Assembly (NCBI GenBank): GCA_013239625.1
Contig: MU053881.1
Span: forward strand, 744,001 to 808,000
Origin: Lama guanicoe
Lineage: Eukaryota
Reading direction: 5' to 3'
DNA: 64,000 bases
The notes below the pieces were generated by a model. That model saw nothing but the letters and a program-made list of their open reading frames with translations. It searched no databases and had not been told where the DNA came from. A program made the position numbers and the translations under genes. Shown here piece by piece: positions 40,505 through 53,600 of the stretch (positions within the stretch are counted from its first letter, which is position 1; the number at the start of each line of letters is the position of its first letter).

Positions 40505-42425
40505 CTGATTGAAATAAAGTAAGTTTAAATGAGAAATAATGTTTTCCACTTTCCACAAATCTTACAATCTTTAAAATTCAAGGTATTTACATTCCTATCT
40601 CTTTCCTACAAACAGTTTGTTAGGCTAACCAGGTTATAAAGTAGCAATCAATCACACCAACAAAACAAAAGAAAAAGAACCCCATCACCTTCTAGAAGAA
40701 AAGTGTACTAAAAATCAGAATTTAAGGGAATATTCTGAAGTTTTACCACCTAGTTATGATTTATTTTTTGTATTTATTCAATAATCAACTTGTTGACAAA
40801 GATCAACAAAGTTCTTTGGGTACAAAGTAATAAAGAAAAAAGGGAGTCCTGGATCTCTGGACTGAAGCGGTGATCTTTACTGGTGCTCGGACTCCTGTCC
40901 CCGTATTAGGGTGTAATGGTCCAGTCAGTGCTTTAGGGGACATTCTCTGCCGCTGTGGGGAACTAGGGAGGGCCAAGCCCCCTTGCACATCTCACAGTCG
41001 GGGGCTTTGTCCAGAAACGAAGCACAGGAGAGGGAGAGAGTGAAAGCCCCAGCCTGCCACCATCCAGGCCAGTGTGAGTACGTGAAGCCATTCCTTTGAA
41101 ATATAGGAAGACTGGGTCCATCAAAAGAGAAATATTTAAATCAGCCCTGTGACAGCCATGTCGCAGAACCCTACACAACCATAACAGGGAATGCAGAGGG
41201 TGGATATGTCATGATATGAAGAAAGCTGCAGGATAGAGTTTCAACTCAAGAATACCACGTGCAGCATTAACTCCTTATCAGCCCCACCGATGTTAAAGCC
41301 AAAGCTTTACGTGATGGTTTCTGCAACTTCTCTGTTGTACTTCCCACGAATCTACATTCCCAGCCCTTGAACCTGGGCAGCCTTACTGCCTGACCTGAGG
41401 AGCAGAGAGCGGCAGGAAGGATGCCGTGGCTTCCGCAGCCGGGTCAGCAAAGGTGGGAAGGGCCTCTTCCTGGCTCTGTCCCTTGGGCACATATCTTCGA
41501 AGCCCTGAGCTTCCCGGGGAGAAGTCTGGCTACCTTGAGGCACCAGGCTGGAGACCGATTAGAGAGGCCATATGCAGACAGAGATGCCCAAGAGGCCCTT
41601 GCTGCTCCCGCCCCAGCTCACTGAGCCTTCTCAGCCCAGAGGACAGTGACAGCGCCCGCCTTCAGCCGTTCCAGCCCTAGGCGCTAACTGCCTGTCATTG
41701 CAGGAGCCCTTAGGAGGCGCCTCCCTGAGTCCAGCCAACCCGCAACTGTGAGTGACCGTTACTGTTTATGTGACTGTTAATTAGTTACGTAATACAATAG
41801 AAAACCAGGGAAGAGTTAACTAAAAACAAAACCTATGTATTATGACTAATAGATCTCAAAGAAACAAATGATGTCTTGAAAAATATAAAGGACCAAAAAT
41901 TGTTCTAAGACTAAGGAAACCAGTAAGTTGACCGAAAGCTATGCAAAAAATTAAAGTGGTCAAAGAACCGAGGACCACAAAGCTTTCGGCATAAAGCTGA
42001 AATGGTCATACCAGCAAGTTTTAACAAACCTTTAAAGAGAACTAATTCCTGCTCTAACAAACTGTGGTACAAAAATGAGTAGGAAAAAGAAGAACACTAT
42101 CCAGCCTATTTTATGAAGTTAATACAATCCTGACACTGAAAAGTGACTAAGACAGGATAGAGGAGGAAAATTCAGAAGGGTGTCATTCATAAGTGGAAAC
42201 ACAAAAATTCCCCCCAAACCACAGACATACTAAACCTAGGAGCACACTAAAAGAATAACGCATGATGACCAAGCAAGGTTTCCTTTAGGAATGTGGGGAT
42301 CATATCACAATAGGAAATCACAAATTAATTCAATTATAATATTTGTTAAAAATGGATGTGACATTTCATAGATGCCAAAAAGGTATTTGACAGCATTCAA
42401 CATTCACGTTTAATAAAAATGAACA

Positions 42426-43350
42426 CGTCAACCCAATCCAAAAATGGGCAGAAGACCTAAACAAGAAATTCTCCAAGGAAGACATACAAATGATCAATAG
42501 GCACATGAAAAAATGCTCAGTATCACTAATTATCAGAGAAATGCAAATCAAAACTACAGTGAGGTATCATCTCACACCAGTCAGAATGGCCATCATTCAA
42601 AAATCTACAAATGACAAATGCTGGAGAGACTGTGGAGAAAAGGGACCCTCCCCCCACTGCTGGTGGGGTGCAGCCACTGTGGAAAACAGTATGGAGATTC
42701 CTCAAAAGACTAGGAATAGACTTACCATATGACCCAGGAGTCCTGCTCCTGGGCATATATCCAGGAGGAACCCTACTTCAGGATGACACCTGCACCCCAA
42801 TGTTCATAGCAGCACTATTTACAATAGCCAAGACATGGAAACAGCCTAAATGTCCATCAACAGGTGACTGGATAAAGAAGCTGTGGTAACTGTGGTATTA
42901 CAATGGAATACTATTCAGCCATAAAACCTGACAATATAACGCCAGTTGCAGCAGCATGGATGCTCCTGGAGAATGTCATTCTAAGTGAAGTAAGCCAGAA
43001 AGAGAAAGAAAAAGTCCATATGAGATCGCTTATATGTGGAATCTAAACAAACAAACAAAGCATAAACACAAAACAGAAACAGACTCATAGACATAGAATA
43101 CAAACTTGTGGTTGCCAGGGGGGTAGGGGGTGGGAAGGGATAGACTTGGAGTTCAAAATGTAGCATAGATAAACAAGATTATACTGTGTAGCACAGGGAA
43201 ATATATACAAGATCTTGTGGTAGCTCACAGTGAAAAAAATGTGACAATGAATATATGTATGTTCATGTATAACTGAAAAATTGTGCTCTACACTGGAATT
43301 TGACACAACATTGTAAAATGATTATAAATCAATAAAAAATGTTAAAAAAA
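42426..43350 (+). mobile_element. Young 5'-truncated L1 (ORF2 end plus 3'UTR) nested in an older L1
   Basis: [34 protein letters not shown]...; TSD aaaaatgaaca on both sides; A tail. Confidence 0.9.
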
Positions 43351-43633
43351 ATGAACATGAGAAAGAGGATCCCTCAGACATCAACAGTAAATAGTCACAC
43401 TTCATGGCGACACACAAGAGGCAGCGTGTTCCAGGTGAGAACGGGCCAGGGGGCTCTATCATGTCTATTATTTCATACAAATCCCATTCAAGTTTTTATT
43501 CTGGAATCAACAAAATGATGTTCAAAGTCATCTGGCGGAATGAACAGCCTCAGCTATACTGGAAAGAGTATCAGGAGGTGAGCTGCCGGAGCATAGACCA
43601 CACTACATGGGAACAGGGATTAAAGACTTCGCA

Positions 43634-43775
43634 GGGAGGAGCGTGGAGCTCAGGGGTAGAGCACGTGCTTAGCACGCACAAGGTCCTGGGTTCAATCCTC
43701 AGCGCCTCCATTAAAAAAAAAAAAAGAAAAAGAAGAAAAAAAGCAAGTAAACCTAATTACCTTCCCCCTACCAAA
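43634..43775 (+). mobile_element. Vic-1-like SINE
   Basis: gagctcaggggtagagcacgtgcttagc...aaacctaattaccttccccc; TSD aaagact. Confidence 0.85.
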
Positions 43776-45341
43776 AAGACTATGTAACCGGCATAGAAAT
43801 AAAATAAAGAAATCAGAGACTAAACACAGTCCAGAAATAAGCCTCAGCATATAATTTCACACATGATAAAGGTGGAATTTCAAATTAGTTAGGAAAATAA
43901 TATTTAATACATGATATTCAGAAAACTGTTTACTATTTATAGAATAAATCTAGATTTCCACCTCACACTGTATCAAAATGAATGATAAGCAGATTATTTA
44001 AATGCAAAATATATATATTTCATTTTAAAAATTAGGTTAATTTTTAGATGTGGAAGGATCTCCTAAGCACAATACTATATAGAAGGTATAACAGAAAACT
44101 CCATGAAATTTGGCTGCATAAAAACCAAACACACTCTACAGGGAAAATAAGCCCTAAGAAACCAGAAATTTATAACAAAATATTCTGAAAAATGCTGAAT
44201 ATCTTTAATCTATAATAAAGAAGTAGAAAAGGTGAAAAACTAAAAAAAAAAGGCAAATTACAAAATCGCAAAATGGTGCACTTGGAATAATCATATTTTG
44301 GTTTAATGAGAAAGTGAAACTTCAAGTATCTCTCTCTGAAATGCATAAATACAAACACACACCCCTTTATTCATGTGCTGGGAAGATACATCCCCAAATG
44401 TAACACCCATTTAGCTGTCTCTACATAATGGGATTATATGTGATATTTTGATTCTTTTCGAAAAAACTTCTCTGTAGTTTTTGAAAAATTTTCAACATGC
44501 AAAAACAAGAAAACTACTGAAAAAAAAAAAGAGAGAGAGAGAGGAGAGGTTACAAAAAACCAAAAGAGCTGACCTGGCCCCGAAGGGACTGGGGAAGCTT
44601 TAGATGCTTCGTATCCAAACATGTGGTGGCAAGAAGGCCAGGTGGTGGCCCATCCACAGCTACAGATGCCCTGAAGAGGGGTGGAGGCGACGATGGGGCA
44701 GGGTGTCCTGATTTACAGTCCCGGCCACCAGTTTAGGCCTCAGCCCTGCTCACTGGCTCCCGTGCAGGGGGCTGCCCCACCTCACAGGGCACCCTGCACC
44801 CTCCTGCTTGCTTTCCTCGGGGCTCTGCTCTATCAGATCTCTCTGAGTCACCTTCCCACTTCCTATGCAACCTTTCGGGACTTTTAGACTTGCCTGCTCA
44901 ATGTTTTTGCTTTCTGTATTCTTGGCTACTTCAACTCACGACCTGGATGGCTGCTAGATCGATCTTCCTCAATCCCAGGCCTGATCATTTCAGGATCCTG
45001 CTTAAAAACCTCCTACGGCTTCCAAAGCTCCAGGGACAAAAGCTAAAGCTGCTGGCATGTCACTGGTGTCAGGATAACTCCACCCCGCCTGCAGCGTCCC
45101 CTCACTCACGGAGCACCCCATGTCCCAGCCACCGAGAACTGCTTCCTGACCCCAGACACACCATGCGTTCCCTGTGCACCCAAGCTATGTCTTCACCCTT
45201 TCCCGAGACCTTCGCCAGCTGCTCGGTCCTGTGCCGGGTGCCCCCTGCTCCTTTCGGGGGTTCAGCACACGTCTGCAGATTCTCCGTAAAACCCCTGGCC
45301 CAAAAAAAGCATTCCATCTAGAGTTAAAATTCCCGTTTTAC

Positions 45342-45465
45342 CTGAGAATCCAAGTCTTCTCCTTTTAAGCAGAGATTGGCATCAAGCACGTTGAGTCCCA
45401 CCAACAGACCGACGATCACCATCCCTTCTTCCTCCATCATTAACGCCTCAGGTTCATAGAACTCA
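45342..45465 (-). CDS. RUFY1: RUFY1 exon 5 (124 nt, RUN domain end)
   Basis: (S)[41 protein letters not shown]. Confidence 0.96.
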
Positions 45466-46800
45466 CTGAAAAGGGATCCACAGGACAGAAACACCTTCAC
45501 CAGCCTTCTCCCGGACCCACCTGCCCTGTGGCTTCTTAGCCCGCGGCCTGGCTGCCAGCCCCACCGGGAGTCAGAGGCTCCCTTGTCCGAATTTCCTTCT
45601 GCCTCTCATTCCGGCTCCCGCTTCGCGTGCTGCTGCTTCCTCCCTAGCCTCGCCTCTCTTCCTGTGGCTCCTCCCACCTCTGGTCCAAGGTGAACTCCTC
45701 CGTTCGGATCCTGAACCCCCAGTCCTTCTCATGTCTTGGCGCCTGTGTTCCGGAACATCACTCTGCCTCTCCTGCCCCCTGACTCCTTCTTTTGTGTCCC
45801 TATGAACTACTTCTACACTGACATTCATGTCAACAGGAAGTGGGATCCCACAGCCTCCCCTTCCCCCAAGAGTAAAGCCCTTCCCTCTTCCCTGCGACCC
45901 ACAGGACAACACTGGCTGATTGTACCTCCTTACCTGCCCCAGTCCCCTCAGCCACGTGCAGTAGGCGCCATCCATTACTGCTCTGCTCACCAGGGATTTG
46001 CTAATTCACCATTGTGGGTGTGAGTGCATGAGAACTTGTTTTAAGAATTAGTTCACTGGAACAAAATCTGTACCTTAAAGTTACTCAGTGTAACTGTACT
46101 CAAAGTGCAAAGTATGTGAACTATTTGAAATCAGTATTTATCCTGTAAAGGTATGTTCAATAATAAGCCATGACTTGAAAATTTTGGGTGACAGGCCGTA
46201 TCATAAAAGATATTTTTATTTCAGTTAGACAAAGGAATTACCTCTAGAGAGATTTTTTTCCCTTGTACATTCTCATATCCTGGAGAAAATTCCTCTTAGA
46301 AATTTTGCTAATATAGTTATAAATATAAAAAATGAACTCAGTCATAAATTTCAGAGACAGCCAGTTCATCTTTACTGAAGCCAAGAGATATAAACGTTTA
46401 CAAACTGAGTATGGAATCCTAAAACAGGTAATCTAGGTTTGTTCTTTTACAAAAAGCAGGGTTTTAGACTTGAAAATTGCCCCTGAATCTAGTTAAAGTC
46501 ATTTTTCCCCCTCCTATCATCCAATCAAATAAATGTCATTTTGTTGACACTTAATGGAGAAGGCTGTTGGTTACCTCATCTTAGGTATTTTAGAGGAATT
46601 GTCTTCAAATGGCTTTTCAAAATGAAAAGTAATATGAATCTTCATTCATAATGACTTTTAGATATCAGTGCTCAAAAATAAAATACTATTTTAAAACTAA
46701 GCCACAGAATATTTACACTTAAAAATAATTTGAATAAAAGCTGTGTACATTATATATCATTGTTTATTTTTATTTTTTAAATTTTTAAAAAACTTTTTTT

Positions 46801-46929
46801 GGGGTGGAATTAGGTTTATTTAGGTAATTAGGTTTATTTATTTCTTTCTTTAAATGGAAGTGCTGGGGATTGAACCCAGGACCTCGTGCATGCTAAGCAT
46901 GTGCTCTACCACTGAGCTGTACCCTCCCC
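46801..46929 (-). mobile_element. Vic-1-like SINE
   Basis: Near-complete reverse copy ending ctgagctgtaccctcccc. Confidence 0.85.
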
Positions 46930-47020
46930 TCTACATCCTTGTTTTAATTCCAAATGATTTACAGAACTGTGTTCTAATTACTTACAAACCAGAAGGCAAG
47001 CAGAAAAGGGGATGAAATAC

Positions 47021-47122
47021 CTTAAGAGATGTTTATTGTCTATAAGCACTTTCAGATAGTCTGCCAGTTTCTTCTGCATGAGTGCCAGATAAAGCCAAGC
47101 TCTGCCCCTTCCCACAGCTGTC
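47021..47122 (-). CDS. RUFY1: RUFY1 exon 4 (102 nt, RUN)
   Basis: (K)[33 protein letters not shown]. Confidence 0.96.
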
Positions 47123-47567
47123 CTAGAACCCAAACAGAGAGTCAAACTGTTACAGCATGCCAGTAACAAAACACCAAGGGGAAAGAGCCAGCTGAGCCCA
47201 GGAGAAACACACATTCCCACATGCACACGCCTGTGCTTGTGGATGCAGAGAACCTGTGAGCAGAGCTGTCCCGGCGGCTGGGGGAGCCCACGGGGAAGGC
47301 TGAGGGCATGGCTCATTCCTTTGGGGACTATCTGAGACCTGTATCACGGGCATGTACTTTTTCTTTTCCAAGAAATAAAAAAGGAAAAAGATTTAAGCCA
47401 CAAACAGCTGATTTCTGGAACAAATACAATTAGATAAAACTTGGCAAGTATTCATAAAATTTCACAGGGAGCTAGGAAGTATCAGGTTAGACTGTATAAT
47501 GGCTAAACATTCTTGCAAAAGACTAACATAGAACATAGTTGTCAGGAGATTCTTATTTTTATTTTGG

Positions 47568-47876
47568 CGGGGAGGTAAGTACGTTTATTTACTTGATGGA
47601 GGTACTGGGAATTGAACCCAGGACCTCAAGCCTACTAGGCAAGCACTCTACTGCTGAGCCAAACCCTCCCCCTGAACATAGTTGTTGAAGTGTTAAAGTC
47701 CCACAAGATTTCTAAGGCATTAGCTCAAAGGTACAATTGTATTTTTGATTGGGGTAAAATACACGTAACAAAGTTTACCACCTTACCCATTTTTTTCTTT
47801 AATGGAGGTACTGGGGATTGAACCCAGGACCTTGCGTATGCTAAGTGTGCGCTCTACCACTGAGCTATGTCCACCC
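47568..47876 (-). mobile_element. Two Vic-1-like SINEs (47568-47672, 47800-47876)
   Basis: ggaggtactggg(a/g)attgaacccaggacct occurs twice. Confidence 0.8.
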
Positions 47877-50214
47877 TGCCCCCAGCTCACCCAGTTTTAA
47901 GTGTTCGGTTCAGTACTGTTCACCTCGTACAACCAATCTCAAAGGTGCGATTTTGAAAAGATCTGTTTTAAACGTTAAAGGAAAAGAAAAAGCCTCCCAA
48001 TTGTAGGCCTAACACTAATTAAGAGAAAAAGATTCTGTTCTGAGCAGAGTAACTGCATGTGTAATATCCCAGAACGTTAGAATTACTGCTGTCACTTTGT
48101 ATCTGCGTCAAAGCGTCAGAGGGCGCCCAACCTAATCAGTACAGAAGGCTTTGGATTCCTCACCGTTCCAACAAATGACGGTAAACCAGAGTAAAAAGGA
48201 AAGGAAATATAGTAGAGAAAAGGGTATCTGATGTTGGCAGGATGGGGAAAGTGGACACTGATGTGTGCTGTTGGTGGGAGTGTAAACTGGTACAACAGAC
48301 ATTTGATGACAGCAGGCTGTCAACACATCTAGTAACACAGGGAAGTGACCGAGGATGCACACAAGGCGCATGTTTGGGGATGGTCACCACTGCACTGTTT
48401 GGATAATGAGAATTTGAAAACAACCCCAAGGCTCAAAGTGGGGGTGGGGTGGGGGGTGGTTATACAACAGAATGCTATGTGCTCATTTCAGAAATGATGT
48501 GATAGAGAAGTTATTCATCGAAAAAAAAATGACATTGTGGGTGAATATTTAATATGGGAAAAAGGTTTGAAATCTCATATTAAATGGAAAAAGGGCTATT
48601 AAACAGCATGTACAGTTCACTGCATGCTGCTCCTTCCGGTTCCCCGTCTCCATACAGTAACACGCTGCTCTTAGCTCAGGTGCACTTTCCAAACGTTTCT
48701 GTGCATATGAAAAGAAATTCTTATTTTCTCTCATTTTTATAAAAAAAATTAGTAATGTTATACATACTGTTCTATAACTTGCTTATCTCACTGAATATCT
48801 GTCATTTTGGAATTCTTTCCACACACAAGGAACTTCTCACTCATGTTTTCATAGCTGTAGAGTGTTCCAGTATTGGGCTGCACCAGAATTTATTTAGCTG
48901 GTTTTTCATCTAGGCTGTTTCTAACCTTCTGCTGTTACAAATGACACTGCAGTAGGTATTTCTGTACGTGTGTCATTTCCACATGTTAGATCTGTGGGCT
49001 GAAACACCGAGAAGTGGAAATGCCGGCTCGAAGGGTCGGTGCCGTGGTGGCTTTCGTGGATAGTACCAGTCTTCCACGGAAGGAATGCAACACAGTGCTG
49101 GGGTGGGGGGGCGGAGGGGAATCCGTCTTTTCAATTCATCAGACTTCGCACCTTTAGGATCTAGAAGGATATTGACACTAACTGCAGTGTTTTGGGTTTT
49201 TTTCCTGAGTAGTGGGCTCACAAAAACATCTCTTTTCTCTTGTTTTTGTTTCCTAATTAAAGGGTATATGATAATAATATTTTAAAAGGCTGTTTTTAAT
49301 TTTCAAGAGAGAGAGAGAGGCCTTGTCTGTTGTCTGGTTGTAAGTGCCAACATGTGAAATCGTATTCATTGTGTAACAGTACGCTTAGTAACAAACCACA
49401 GCAGGAGAATAATGAACAATTTGGGGTGGCAGGCCATGCTGTAAAAGGTGTTTTTATTTCAATTGGACAAGGGAATTAAACTCTAGAGAGACCCCTCTCA
49501 GGATGCCAAGTTCATCCTGCAAGTTTCAAACCACCTTAGAGCTGTCTCTCCCCTTCAAAAAACATGAGTCATAACTTCCAAAATACTGTAGAAGTTTTGA
49601 AAGTTTTTTTTACTATTTCATGAAATAGTAAAAACACTGCAGCTCTTCATGGAACAAAGCACTAGCTGTTTCTCACACGGCCCCTCCGGGGGAATCAAGA
49701 AAAGGGAGCTACTGCTTATTTCCTAAAAAGGCAGACACTGTGCAGGTCGGCAGGGGTTTAGCATCCACAGGGTTAATGAGGACACAGAAGCAGTGAATCT
49801 GGCTGACAATAAGCTTTTTGTTAGAGTAACAAGACTTCAAAAGCGCCTCCCTTGCCTAAGTGGAAACTGAGGCCTGAATGCAAGTGGGGAGAGTCTGGCT
49901 CCGCTCCAGGCAGAACACCCTGGGACCGGCCTAGTGCTGTGCTCTTGAGGGGGTGGGCTGGTTGGAAGGCAATGGGCAGCAGAACCACATAAAGAATGGA
50001 AGAAACAAAGCAGAAGCCAAGGGAAGCTCATGAGAGGGTCAGCAAGTAAACACATGAGAGGATAACAACTGCAAAAGGCTTTCATCTTGCGTGTGCAGGC
50101 CCAGAGGGCGGAACTTGGGAACGAGTTCTTAAATCCTATCTTGAGAAGGATGCACAGGGCTTGGCAGCAATGGAGGTTAGGGGATTTATAAGGTTTCAGA
50201 GTCCGGCAGACCCG

Positions 50215-50420
50215 CATTCTCCTCCTGGCTCCACACTCACTTGGCGAGGGACCTTGGGCAAGTTCCTTAACCACTCTGAGTCTCAGTTTCCACACCTGTA
50301 GATGGGGACACCAACAGCTTTCCTAGGGGCTTGTTGTGGAGGATAAAACGAGATCACGAAGTGGCCTTAGCACAGCGCCTGGTGCACGGCAGGCCTTTAG
50401 TTCACAGTGGTGGCTGCTAT
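50215..50420 (+). mobile_element. MIR SINE
   Basis: accttgggcaagttccttaaccactctgagtctcagtttccacacctgtagatgggg core. Confidence 0.8.
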
Positions 50421-51068
50421 TATCTGAAAATGGAGCAGACCAGACCTGCAGGAGAAGGCCCGGGGCTGGATGGTTGGGTCTGCTGGGGAAGGCTCCGCGG
50501 GGTTCTTCTGCTTTAGCCTAAGGATCTCTAGGGCCCCTTTTTAAACGCAGATTCCATGCCATGCCTTTTTGTGTTCCACTCAGTTTTTGATTTCTGAGCC
50601 TATATACAGGGATCCCAAGGGCAAACCCAGACAAGGCACGTGATTCATCAGCCCCAGCCTTTTCACAACTGTCCCTTGTTGTGGAATTTAAGTCTGACTC
50701 ACAGTGCATTATGCAGAAGACCGCGCAGGTGCATCCAAAGCCGGGATGTCAGAGGTGCAACTCCTCCTTTCCCTCCTGTAACTGCTCTCTAGGCGACATC
50801 TTTTCACACTATTTGACCTTGTGTGACAACCAGGACTCACTGTACTCATTTTAAAGGAAAGGAAACTGAGGCTCAGAGAGGGGCAAAGCTTGCCCAAGCT
50901 CATGTGGAAAATGAAAAGCATAGCTGGGACTAAAGTAGAGTGTGGCTCGTGCAACAATTTGTTCTAAGTTAGAAAGCGCTTTATCAGCAAGGAGTTGAGA
51001 AATCAGTAAATACAAGAGAGTTTTGTTTTTTTTAAAACATCAAATCGATACAACTACTTCTCACTCAC

Positions 51069-51186
51069 TTTAATTCTGGCAGGTTTCTGACACTAGTGGC
51101 TATATCTGATGCTTCTGGACAAAGTTTCTCCACCAGCTCCAAAGGACCAAAGAAAGATTTATTTTGGCCAATAAAACTCTTCTTAA
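51069..51186 (-). CDS. RUFY1: RUFY1 exon 3 (118 nt, RUN)
   Basis: [39 protein letters not shown]. Confidence 0.96.
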
Positions 51187-51439
51187 CTAAAAGGGAAAAC
51201 AAAAATGTTATTGATAAGAACAGTTTGCAAAATGTCTTCAGGGGCCCACATCCTCTCTCCTAAAAGCCAAATGACTGCACGGAGCTGCACCGCTTCCTCC
51301 TGATTCAGTCCCAGCTATGGACTGGGAGAGGCCAGGAAACAAATGAGCCCTCCTCCCTCTGATGACAGGGTGTCTCTGAGAGACCCACTGTGCTCTTTCT
51401 CCCAAGTACTCACTGCTCACAAAAAACAAGTGCTCAAAT

Positions 51440-52050
51440 AATTACCTGTGAAATCCTTCCCCTTTCTCCTTCCCATCTAATGCCAAAATCAATGCTTGAT
51501 TTCAAACCATCTCCACCATCCCTCATCTGAATCGTTGCAATAACCCCTAATGGGTCTCCCTGATGCTAAATTGTCATGTCTCCACCTTTACAATTGGTTC
51601 TCCACATAGCTGGAAGTTCTTTTTAAAATATAAGTCTGATCTTGTATTTCCCTTGCTGAACATCCTCCAAATACTCTTAGAATAAAATCCAGCTCCTCAC
51701 CTGACCTATAAAGGCCTATGTCATCCAGCCTGTTCAACCTCTCTGACCTCATCCCCTTCTCAGCGCATCTCAGTTACCTGGTGCCTTCTTCAAACCAAGG
51801 TTCGTCCCGCTCAGGATCTTTGCACCTGTTGTGTTTGGTTGTGTTTTTCTAGGAATGCTCTTGCCCTAAACTTTTGCACAATTGACTCCTTCTCCTGTAG
51901 GTCTCAGCTCACATTTCACCTCCCCAGAAAGACCTTCCCATCCTAGCTGAAAGGTTTTTTTCCTTGATTCCCTATCATTGAACCCATTTTGCTTCCCTGA
52001 ATTTGTAGCATTTTGTAATTATGTTTGCTTCTGAGTTTTTTGTCTGTCTC
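51440..52050 (+). mobile_element. L2 LINE remnant
   Basis: ataagtctgatcttgt...cttagaataaaatcca...ggatctttgcacctg...gtctcagctcacatttcacctcc. Confidence 0.65.
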
Positions 52051-52061
52051 CTCTTCTAGAA

Positions 52062-52335
52062 CTGTGCTGCCTAAGGTAGTCACTAGCCACAAGTGCTAAT
52101 GAGAACTTGAAATGCAGCTAGTGCACTGGAGGTGTGCTGTAACTATAAAACACGTGGATTTTTAAGCCTCAATATAAAAAATAATGTAAAATATCTGTTT
52201 GTCAGAATGACAATATTTTGGCTGTATTAGGTTCAATAAGATATATTACTAAAAACTAATTTCGTCCGTTTCTTTTTACTTTTTTTTTTAAAGTGTTTAC
52301 TAGAGCATTAGAAATCGCACGTGTGGCTTGCACAT
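52062..52335. mobile_element. hAT-Charlie MITE (MER33-like)
   Basis: tgtgctg...gtagtcactagccaca...cacgtgtggct...gacagcgc; flanked by tctaga-type target duplication. Confidence 0.65.
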
Positions 52336-52506
52336 TTCCATCTGACAGCGCCACTCTAGAATGTCGCGTCTTGTGGGCAGGGGACCTTGTTTGCCTTGTG
52401 CACTGCTGTTATCCCAGCACCCAGAACAATGTTTGGCATGGATGAACACACGCTGCGCAAACAGCGAGCCCGAATCCCCACGCCCCGGACGCCCCCTCAG
52501 GCTCAC

Positions 52507-52680
52507 CTTTCAGCCCATGTTTGAGGCAGTGCTCCATCACTACGAAGAACTGCTGCAGCGGGGCATGGTCCGCATCCAGGCTGCGGCCCAGGCTCAACGC
52601 AGACTGGAGCAAGACCTTGATGCTGAGTTTCATCATGTGCATCAGGTTGGTACGTTCCTCCATCATCTGGCACTTGGAAG
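52507..52680 (-). CDS. RUFY1: RUFY1 exon 2 (174 nt)
   Basis: [58 protein letters not shown]. Confidence 0.97.
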
Positions 52681-52769
52681 CTGTAGGCAGAAGCAGGAAC
52701 GGCTGTTAGTGGGCTGAGTATAGTGCAGGGTGAGAGGGCTTGACGGCCAGACAATGAAGGGAAAGACAG

Positions 52770-53600
52770 GCCAGGCAGTCTGGTCGGAGCGCTGGACGCG
52801 CGGATTAACCAGGGTTAGCAGCCAACCGGCCCTTGACCCGGGGAGGTCACAGCCGCACCTGGGCTGCTGAGGCTGTGGGTCACACTCCAGAGACCTCTCC
52901 CAGGTGGCTCCGCGCGTTGCTATGGCGACGGCCCTACCAAGGCTCAGCGCGATTGGCCTCTCTCACACCCTTGTTCCATTTTCGACCAATGCAAGGGCTC
53001 ACACTCCCGGAAGCCCGGCCCCCCGCTCGAAGGCGTGCTGGGAGGGTGCCCCGCCCCGCCTCTTGCCTATTGGCCGAGTCCAGCTCAAGACCACGCCCAC
53101 GGGGCTCTCGGGTGCCATGTTGACCGCGGAAGAGGCTTGCCGGCTGGGTCGCGGGTTCTCCGCACCTCCCCACGACGGCTCCCCGAGCCGGCCCTCTGGT
53201 CCGACGGTGCCGCCCGGTGCCCTCGGGGAAGCATCTGTCCCTCAGTTCCCGACTCGGATTCTCGTTGTCGCCCATCCTTCGTCCACAGTTCGTGGACGGT
53301 TACGAGTTCTAATTTTTTTTTGTCAGTAAAACAATGAAAGGAACTCAGCTGCTTTTCCATTTCAACTCCATTAAACTTGCCGCTTTGAGAGTAAAGAACT
53401 GTGTCTGCAGTCAGTATCAGAGATCCATGACAAATGCTTATCAAGTGTCCTCTCAAGCCCAGGAGACTGTCCCTCTAGAAATAATGTAGACCCCAAAACA
53501 GCGCTGGCAGCAAAAATAAGCCCCCGGTCCCCGCGCGCCGCTCTCCGCACCCGCCCACCGCTCAGTCTCTCAACTGTCCCCTGGATTCGGGGGTCGGGTG
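52770..53600. promoter_or_regulatory. Intragenic CpG island, candidate alternative/bidirectional RUFY1 promoter
   Basis: CCAAT boxes 52952, 52986, 53069; GC box 53049-53057; RFX X-box gttgctatggcgac 52916-52929. Confidence 0.7.
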
